Source of the DNA: an uncultured Gemmatimonadota bacterium
GTDB taxonomy: Bacteria; SM23-81
Direction of reading: 5' to 3'
Assembly (NCBI GenBank): GCA_964584035.1
Contig: CAZOYL010000055.1
Span: 1 to 15,035, forward strand
Length of the DNA: 15,035 nt
The notes beneath the pieces were generated by a model. That model was not told the origin of the DNA, did no database searches, and was given only the letters and a program-made list of their open reading frames with translations. How positions within the stretch are numbered: position 1 is the stretch's first letter; the number at the start of each line of letters is the position of its first letter. A program made the translations under genes and the position numbers. Shown in pieces: positions 9,701-15,035 of this stretch.

Positions 9701-10744
9701 TCACTCCTCCCACATACATTCCAGCAGCCGGGCCATGTAATCCACCACGGCACAGAGCCGGGCATATCTCATCCGGGTGGGGCCGATGATGCCCAGGGTA
9801 CCCTCGACCTTGCCGACACGATATCCGGCCGTCAACAGGCTGTAGTGCTGCATCTCTCCGTGGACATTCTCGCTGCCGATGGTCACCGAAACCCCTTCCC
9901 CGGGCCGCTGAGAGAGCAGCGTGCCCAGCGTTTTCTCCTCCTCCAGCAAGCCCATCAGCTTTCTCAGCCGGAGCCGATCCTGGAACTCGGGCTGACTGAC
10001 GATATTGACCGTGCCGGCGAAATGGAGCTGGCCCCCCTGGGGGAAATCGAAAAACAGGTGGGCGGAATCGACCATATACTGGATCAACTTGGGATCGCCG
10101 TAGGAGACATCCCTGACCCGGTTGGGCAGTGTCTCGCGGATCTCCTGGATGGTCAGGTCGCCCAGGCGCTCGTTCAACAGGCGGCAGGTATCCTGAAGCT
10201 TGTGTTCCGGAATGGAGGTGCCCACCTCCATGACCACCGTTCTCACCAGACCGGATTTGATGGTCAGCACCAGAAGCAGTCGCGTTTCCGAGAGCGGCAC
10301 CATCTCCATGCGCTGGAAGATGCCCTTCTGAAATCGAGGGCTCAGGGTGACGCCCAGCTGTCGCGAGACCAAACCCAGAACATGGCTGGCCTGGCTGAGG
10401 AGATCATCGATGTCGTGGCTGCCCGATCGCATCTGGCTTCTGATGCGGCCCTTGATGGACTCCGACAGGGCGTAGAACGGCATCAGCGAATCGACGTAAT
10501 ATCGATAGCCCCTGTCGGTCGGCACCCGGCCGGCCGATGTATGCGGCTGGAAAAGATATCCCAGCCGCTCCAGGGTGCCGAGGGTATTGCGAATACTGGC
10601 CGGGCTGAGATTCAGGCGGCGGCGGCGGGCCAGATGGGGCGATCCCACCGGTTCGGCCGTGCGGATGTACTGATGGATCACAGATTCCAGAATGCGCTGC
10701 GCACGGGCGTTCAGTGATTCTCCTACTTCTTCATTTTTAAACAA
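9701..10744 (-). CDS. hrcA: Heat-inducible transcription repressor HrcA
   Basis: YIRTAEPVGS, SPASIRN, GYLFQPHTSAGRVPTDRGYRYYVD, LGIIGPTRMRY. The ORF-track start (10774) lies inside CIRCE. TTG 10744, 11 nt after AGGAGG, is the more plausible start but is uncertain. Confidence 0.96.
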   Translation of the reverse strand: MFKNEEVGESLNARAQRILESVIHQYIRTAEPVGSPHLARRRRLNLSPASIRNTLGTLERLGYLFQPHTSAGRVPTDRGYRYYVDSLMPFYALSESIKGRIRSQMRSGSHDIDDLLSQASHVLGLVSRQLGVTLSPRFQKGIFQRMEMVPLSETRLLLVLTIKSGLVRTVVMEVGTSIPEHKLQDTCRLLNERLGDLTIQEIRETLPNRVRDVSYGDPKLIQYMVDSAHLFFDFPQGGQLHFAGTVNIVSQPEFQDRLRLRKLMGLLEEEKTLGTLLSQRPGEGVSVTIGSENVHGEMQHYSLLTAGYRVGKVEGTLGIIGPTRMRYARLCAVVDYMARLLECMWEE

Positions 10745-10763
10745 GTTAGAAGGCACCTCCTGT

Positions 10764-10790
10764 TTAGCACCCAAAGGCGGAGAGTGCTAA
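10764..10790 (-). promoter_or_regulatory. CIRCE operator (HrcA binding site)
   Basis: Minus strand TTAGCACTC-TCCGCCTTT-GGGTGCTAA versus consensus TTAGCACTC-N9-GAGTGCTAA (one mismatch), immediately upstream of the hrcA RBS. Confidence 0.96.
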
Positions 10791-10801
10791 AATGGGGTGT
10801 T

Positions 10802-10830
10802 AAAATACAAACAAATAGCGGGTCTGTCAA
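10802..10830 (-). promoter_or_regulatory. sigma70 promoter of hrcA operon
   Basis: TTGACA (10830-10825), 17 nt, TATTTT (10807-10802), 11 nt upstream of CIRCE. Confidence 0.8.
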
Positions 10831-10841
10831 TAGAAAACCGG

Positions 10842-10882
10842 CCCTGGCCCCCTTGGCTCCTTGGCCCCTTGGCCCCTTGGCC
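10842..10882. repeat. Short tandem octamer repeat (CCTTGGCY)x4 plus one degenerate copy
   Basis: CCTTGGCT CCTTGGCC CCTTGGCC CCTTGGCC at 10851-10882, and CCCTGGCC at 10842-10849. Confidence 0.85.
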
Positions 10883-10922
10883 CTGCCCGGGGCGGCGGCA
10901 GGAGGGGCGGAACATCCAGCGG

Positions 10923-11255
10923 TTACTGACCGGCCGCCTTCAACACCTCCATCAGCTGATCAACCTCCTCGGCCTCCAGCTTCTTGTCGGCCATGATGGC
11001 CTGCATGATCTCGCCGATCTCCTGGAATTCCTCCTTGTCCACCCGGTTATCCTTCACAGCCACGATGAAATCGTCGAACGTCTGCTGCGCCTGGTCACGG
11101 TTATAACCCTCTGGCAGGCCGGTCATGACGCCCTCGACCATCTTATCCATGGCCAGGTTGACCAGTTTGGCCCGGTTCATATAGAGCATCAAGACGGCGG
11201 CGACCAGAATGACCACCACGATGATGACGGCAATGAGACAACCCTTTCTCTTCAT
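10923..11255 (-). CDS. Hypothetical 110-aa membrane-anchored helical protein
   Basis: RBS GGGAGG 6-7 nt before ATG 11255; MKRKG followed by about 20 hydrophobic residues, then an acidic helical domain. No family recognised. Confidence 0.8.
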   Translation of the reverse strand: MKRKGCLIAVIIVVVILVAAVLMLYMNRAKLVNLAMDKMVEGVMTGLPEGYNRDQAQQTFDDFIVAVKDNRVDKEEFQEIGEIMQAIMADKKLEAEEVDQLMEVLKAAGQ

Positions 11256-11348
11256 GGGAAACCTCCCTGGAAAAGAATTGAACGTTGAAACTTTAACTTG
11301 CGAGTGAGAATTTCCCGGTCGCCCCACCAAAAAGGAGCTTCGTCACCA

Positions 11349-13031
11349 CTACAGCCTTCCCGATCTGAGGATGGCGATCGCCAGCCACAGACCCAGCATG
11401 CCGGCGATGAGAAATCCGGCGATGCCGATGACGGAGTATCCGAACAGGAAAGGGCCGACCTCCAGGCGCATGATCATGGACGAGCCGACGATCAGCGCAG
11501 CGATGATCAGACTGAAGGCCAGACGGTTGCTGGAACGATCCAACTCGTTGATCAGCCGTTCCAGGCCGCGGTGCCGGAACTCAAGGGCCAGCTCGCCCCG
11601 CCGGACCTTCTTCAGGATCGAACTCATCTCCTGAGGAAAAATGCTCACCAGGCGGTGAAAATCTCTGCCGGTCTTGATCAGCTCGCGGAGAAGCTGCTGG
11701 GGCTGAAAGCGTCTTTTTAACACATCCTTCACGAAGGGCTCGGCCTCCACCAGGAAATTATACTCCGGGTCCAGCAGCCGGCCGACCTCCTCATAGGTGA
11801 TCAGCGCCCGGGCCAGCAGCATATATTCCGAGCGTATGCGGAATTGATAGCGATGCGAGATGTGGAACAGATCCTCCATGACGCCCCGCATATCGATGCG
11901 GCTCAAGGGCAGCCCGGTATACTTGTCGATCAAATCGGTGAGGTCAAGCTTAAACGCCATCAGATCGATATTCTCCTCCACCAGACCCATCTCCAAATAG
12001 AGGCGGGACAGCTCATCCACGTCCCGGTGGAATGCGGCCACCAACAATCCCGATAGCTGCGACATCATCTCCGGGCTGAGACGGCCCATCATGCCGAAGT
12101 CGACGGGCGCGATGACATTGCCCGGCAGGACGAAAAGATTTCCGGGATGCGGATCGGCGTGGAAAAAACCATGCTCGAAGACCTGCTTTAACAGGATCTG
12201 TCCGCCCCGGCGGGCGATGATCCGCCGGTCCAGATCAAGGTCCTCGAATCGCTCCAGATGCGAGATCTTGACGCCCGCCACCATTTCGACGGTCAGCACC
12301 CGAGCGGAACTCAACGGCCAGTAAACCCTGGGGACGTGGACGATGTCCGAACCCTCGAAGTTGCGAGCGAAGATCTCCATGTTCCGGGCCTCATTGGTGA
12401 AATCCACCTCCCGCCGGGTGGTCCGCTCCAGCTCATCGACGATGCCCTCCGGATCGTACCGCCGGCTCTCCGGCAGGTGCTTGACCAGCAGTCCGGCCAG
12501 GTCCCTCAGAATGCTCATATCCTCCATGATCATCTGGTCAACGCCGGGCCGCTGCACCTTGACGATGACCTTATGTCCTTCTGAGGTGGTCGCCCGATGC
12601 ACCTGGGCCAGTGAGGCCGAGGCCAGCGGCTTTTTCCGGAAACTGGCAAACAGTTCTTCCGGCTCCCGGCCCATCTCCTGGCAGATCACCGCTCTGATCT
12701 GTTCATATCCGACGGGCGAGACCTCATCCTGGAGCTTGGACAGCTCGCGGATATACTCCGGCGGCACCAGAAAAGGCCTCATGCTGAGCATCTGGCCCAG
12801 TTTGATGAAAGCCGGGCCCAGTTCCTCCAACGCCAGCCTGAGACGCTCCGGCGTGGAGAGCTCGACCGCTTCCTTTAATCCCTTAATGGTCAGGGATTGA
12901 CTGCGCAGCAGATATTGCGAGACCTTGATGCGGCTGAGAATATGGCCGAATCCATACTTCAACAGAATGGCCACAATCTGCCGGAAGCGCTTCAGATGGC
13001 GATATCCTTTGCCGATTTGGGCGATGGGCAT
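11349..13031 (-). CDS. AarF/ABC1/UbiB family atypical protein kinase-like with two C-terminal TM helices
   Basis: KxGQ motif FIKLGQMLS, Ala-rich loop [37 protein letters not shown]; hydrophobic C-terminal helices ending AILRSGRL. Confidence 0.95.
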   Translation of the reverse strand: MPIAQIGKGYRHLKRFRQIVAILLKYGFGHILSRIKVSQYLLRSQSLTIKGLKEAVELSTPERLRLALEELGPAFIKLGQMLSMRPFLVPPEYIRELSKLQDEVSPVGYEQIRAVICQEMGREPEELFASFRKKPLASASLAQVHRATTSEGHKVIVKVQRPGVDQMIMEDMSILRDLAGLLVKHLPESRRYDPEGIVDELERTTRREVDFTNEARNMEIFARNFEGSDIVHVPRVYWPLSSARVLTVEMVAGVKISHLERFEDLDLDRRIIARRGGQILLKQVFEHGFFHADPHPGNLFVLPGNVIAPVDFGMMGRLSPEMMSQLSGLLVAAFHRDVDELSRLYLEMGLVEENIDLMAFKLDLTDLIDKYTGLPLSRIDMRGVMEDLFHISHRYQFRIRSEYMLLARALITYEEVGRLLDPEYNFLVEAEPFVKDVLKRRFQPQQLLRELIKTGRDFHRLVSIFPQEMSSILKKVRRGELALEFRHRGLERLINELDRSSNRLAFSLIIAALIVGSSMIMRLEVGPFLFGYSVIGIAGFLIAGMLGLWLAIAILRSGRL

Positions 13032-13085
13032 GGTTCGTCAATCGATGAACGGGGAAAGCCGGCATCCTGGATTTAAGATTCGGTA

Positions 13086-13113
13086 TTGACTGCTTACTGC
13101 CTGCTGCTGACTG
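13086..13113. repeat. Degenerate tandem heptamer repeat x4
   Basis: TTGACTG CTTACTG CCTGCTG CTGACTG in the presumed 5' leader of the kinase gene. Confidence 0.6.
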
Positions 13114-13127
13114 TTTTTTCGCCTCAA

Positions 13128-13156
13128 TACATACCACAAAACCTCTCCGGTGTCAA
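13128..13156 (-). promoter_or_regulatory. Possible internal sigma70 promoter for the ABC1 kinase
   Basis: TTGACA (13156-13151), 17 nt ending TGG (extended -10 TGn), then TATGTA (13133-13128). The -10 lacks the final conserved T. Confidence 0.45.
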
Positions 13157-13220
13157 CACATTTCCCATCTCCAGGAGAGATTATCGGCGTGCCGCCGGCG
13201 ATCCCGGACCGGGAGGACGA

Positions 13221-13811
13221 TCACCGGGAGGTCTTCCGCTGGGTGGCATTCAGTTTCTTCTCCATGTGGGCGATGGTCTTCTGCAGAATTTTCACCTGTT
13301 GCCGGAGATCATCGACCTCCTCCTCCCGGGCCGGCCTGAGCTTGTTTACGGTGGCCTTAACCTGTTCCTCGACCCAGAGTTTTGCCTCTTTAGAGCGCTC
13401 CTCGACTCTCTCCCTCAGATCCCGGATGGTCTGCGCCCGTTCCTTCTTATCGAGATGCCCCTTCTGGATCAGATCGTCCACCAGTTCCTCGATCTTCTCC
13501 CGGGTCACATCCACGGCACCGATGCTGGTGACCAGGGCTTTTTTGACCGCCTCCACGACCACACCGCCCCCCTTGAGAAAGAACTGGCTGGCCACCTTCG
13601 CCGAGGGCATGGTGTCCTTCCAGTCTTTCGCCTCGTTCGATAAAATCTGGAACAGGGTGGGCAAAGTGATGTCCTCCTTGGTCTTATTGTCGATCACCAT
13701 GACATCCTGGCCCTGCTTGACCAATTCAGCCACATCCTGGAGCGTGACCGTGTGCTTCTCCTGGACGTCGTAAAGCCTGCGGTTGACATATCGCTTGATG
13801 ATCCGTGACAT
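13221..13811 (-). CDS. PhaR-type (PHB_acc_N) DNA-binding domain fused to phasin-like (COG3937-type) coiled-coil domain
   Basis: N-terminal RIIKRYVNRRLYD...VTLQDVAELVKQGQDVMVIDNKTKEDITLPTLFQI is the PhaR DNA-binding signature. C-terminal VKKALVTSIGAVDVTREKIEELVDDLIQKGHL...AREEEVDDLRQQVKILQK matches phasin-family small proteins. Start reassigned to ATG 13811 (RBS GAAAGGGG), 196 aa. Confidence 0.88.
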   Translation of the reverse strand: MSRIIKRYVNRRLYDVQEKHTVTLQDVAELVKQGQDVMVIDNKTKEDITLPTLFQILSNEAKDWKDTMPSAKVASQFFLKGGGVVVEAVKKALVTSIGAVDVTREKIEELVDDLIQKGHLDKKERAQTIRDLRERVEERSKEAKLWVEEQVKATVNKLRPAREEEVDDLRQQVKILQKTIAHMEKKLNATQRKTSR

Positions 13812-13833
13812 GGTCGGTACCCCCTTTCGATGG

Positions 13834-13884
13834 TTATGGTGCGCTGCACAATGCCCGGCTCTATAATAGTGCAGCGCACCATAA
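13834..13884. promoter_or_regulatory. Twin PhaR-box-like operators forming a perfect 16-bp inverted repeat
   Basis: TTATGGTGCGCTGCAC (13834-13849), 19-nt spacer, GTGCAGCGCACCATAA (13869-13884). Each arm has an internal GTGC-N3-GCAC palindrome. Confidence 0.8.
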
Positions 13885-13891
13885 AAGTCAA
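13863..13891 (-). promoter_or_regulatory. sigma70 promoter of the PhaR-phasin fusion gene
   Basis: TTGACT (13891-13886), 17 nt, TATTAT (13868-13863), just downstream of an intrinsic terminator. Confidence 0.8.
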
Positions 13892-13904
13892 GAGGTTTTT
13901 GCGG

Positions 13905-13932
13905 AAAAAAAAGGGCGCGACGACCGCGCCCC
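13905..13932 (-). terminator. Rho-independent terminator after the carbon-nitrogen hydrolase
   Basis: mRNA GGGCGCGG-UCG-UCGCGCCC followed by UUUUUUUU. Confidence 0.88.
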
Positions 13933-13961
13933 GTGCCCATCCTCGGAGAATGTGCTGTTGC

Positions 13962-14768
13962 TCAAACCTCCGGTGCGAGGAGGTCGCCATAGAGATCGGT
14001 TCTACGATCGGCCAGCAGATCGTTACGCTCGGTGATCTTTTTATCCCTGGATCTCATGGGATCGACCTGCGCAATGCCGACCGTCTCCTCATCGGGCCCC
14101 GCCGAACAGATCACCTCTCCCCGCGGACCGGTGATCTGGCTCATGCCGGAATAGGTCAGGCTTCTGTTCCCCCGGGTCTCCGTCCCGGTGCGATTGGCGG
14201 TGATGACGAACAGGCCGTTCTCCAGACAGCGCGTGACCATGGCGCGCTGACAGTAGGGCAGCACCAGATTGGCGGGATGGCAGATGATGTCGGCTCCTTT
14301 GAGCGCCAGGATCCTGGCCGACTCGGGATAGATCCAGTCGAAGCAGACCATCAGGCCGAGCTTCGCCTCGCCGATATCGAAGGCCAGAAATCCGCTGTCG
14401 CCGGGGTGGAAAAAGGTCTTCTCATCGACGAACAGATGGCTTTTCCGATAGGTCCTGACCCATCCCCGGGGGCTGACCAGGACGGCCGAGTTGTAGAGCC
14501 GGCGACCGGCCTCTTCGGCCAATCCGGCCACCAGATGCGTTCCCGTCTCCTTCGCCAGGCGTATCAGCATCCGGGTGGTGGGGCCGCCGGGAATCGGCTC
14601 GGCCAGCTTGGCCACCTCCTGCCGATAGAGAAACAGATAGCCGCTGTTGAACAGCTCCGGCAGGACCAGCAGCTGGGCATCGACCCCCTGGATCAGCTCC
14701 TGGGCCCGGCGAAGATTATACTCCTTATCCCCGAAATGGGGATCGAACTGAACATAGCCGACTTTCAT
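13962..14768 (-). CDS. Carbon-nitrogen hydrolase (nitrilase superfamily)
   Basis: Glu-Lys-Cys triad contexts VLPELF, YRKSHLF, MVCFDW. Start reassigned to ATG 14768 (MKVGYVQF; GGGGAG upstream), 268 aa. Substrate unknown. Confidence 0.93.
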   Translation of the reverse strand: MKVGYVQFDPHFGDKEYNLRRAQELIQGVDAQLLVLPELFNSGYLFLYRQEVAKLAEPIPGGPTTRMLIRLAKETGTHLVAGLAEEAGRRLYNSAVLVSPRGWVRTYRKSHLFVDEKTFFHPGDSGFLAFDIGEAKLGLMVCFDWIYPESARILALKGADIICHPANLVLPYCQRAMVTRCLENGLFVITANRTGTETRGNRSLTYSGMSQITGPRGEVICSAGPDEETVGIAQVDPMRSRDKKITERNDLLADRRTDLYGDLLAPEV

Positions 14769-14794
14769 GCCGCCGCTACTCCCCGCTGCGATGT

Positions 14795-15034
14795 TCAGGA
14801 ATGTTCGTGAGCCGAAAAGATCTCCGAGAGCCGCTCCTGGAAGATCCGGTAGGTGCCGTCGTCGAAGAGGACGAAGACCACCTTGCGTAACGACTCGGAT
14901 TCCTGAAGGAACTCCACCGCCTCGATCAGCATGGCCCGGGCGCACAGATGAGCCGAGAGCCCGCCCACCCCGCACCCGATGGCCGGGAAGGCCAGCGAGG
15001 TCGCGTCGATCTCGTAGGTCCCGAAGTAGGCGTT
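14795..15034 (-). CDS. Macro domain (ADP-ribose binding/processing) protein, 5'-truncated by window edge
   Basis: Hand translation: NAYFGTYEIDATSLAFPAIGCGVGGLSAHLCARAMLIEAVEFLQESESLRKVVFVLFDDGTYRIFQERLSEIFSAHEHS*. SLAFPAIGxGxxG and the terminal V-F-V-L-F strand are macro-domain hallmarks. Confidence 0.88.
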   Translation of the reverse strand, partial: NAYFGTYEIDATSLAFPAIGCGVGGLSAHLCARAMLIEAVEFLQESESLRKVVFVLFDDGTYRIFQERLSEIFSAHEHS

Positions 15035-15035
15035 G

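Noticed and set aside
9206..10717. 503-aa plus-strand ORF and other long plus-strand ORFs (277-1194, 1824-2690, 2775-3647, 7922-8983, 13830-14810)
   Set aside because: All lie antisense to well-supported genes and have no recognisable motifs; expected shadow ORFs in GC-rich coding DNA.
10842..10882. Octamer array as a CRISPR remnant
   Set aside because: Units are 8 nt and contiguous, with no spacers and no cas genes nearby.
11349..13031. Calling the kinase ubiB (ubiquinone biosynthesis)
   Set aside because: No ubiE/ubiJ context; family membership alone does not establish that function.
13862..13867. Perfect TATAAT on the plus strand (possible antisense promoter)
   Set aside because: No plausible -35 at 16-18 nt and no extended -10; explained by overlap with the minus-strand TATTAT box.
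13812..13940. N-terminal extension of the PhaR-like ORF in the track
   Set aside because: It runs through a terminator, promoter and operators; family similarity and the RBS point to ATG 13811.
14769..14975. N-terminal extension of the nitrilase ORF in the track
   Set aside because: It overlaps the macro-domain gene in another frame; the nitrilase fold begins at MKVGYVQF.

Overview
GC-rich bacterial chromosomal segment with all real genes on the minus strand. In transcription order (right to left): partial macro-domain protein, carbon-nitrogen hydrolase, intrinsic terminator, a PhaR-type DNA-binding domain fused to a phasin-like domain (its promoter carries a perfect 16-bp inverted repeat of PhaR-box-like operators), an AarF/ABC1/UbiB atypical kinase, a small membrane-anchored hypothetical, a CIRCE-controlled hrcA-grpE-dnaJ unit lacking dnaK, a 29-codon prmA-like stub, rsmE, and an extended macromolecular-synthesis cluster rpsU-yqeY-cvpA-mutS2-dnaG-rpoD (rpoD runs off the window and is absent from the ORF track). 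Most of it is housekeeping. The best candidate for an under-described system is the apparently autoregulated PhaR-phasin fusion plus ABC1 kinase module, with no PHA synthase in view. Also notable are the prmA remnant, the missing dnaK, and a net-basic sigma70 region 1.1. No mobile elements, RNA genes or CRISPR arrays were seen. All assignments come from motif recognition by eye, not database searches.
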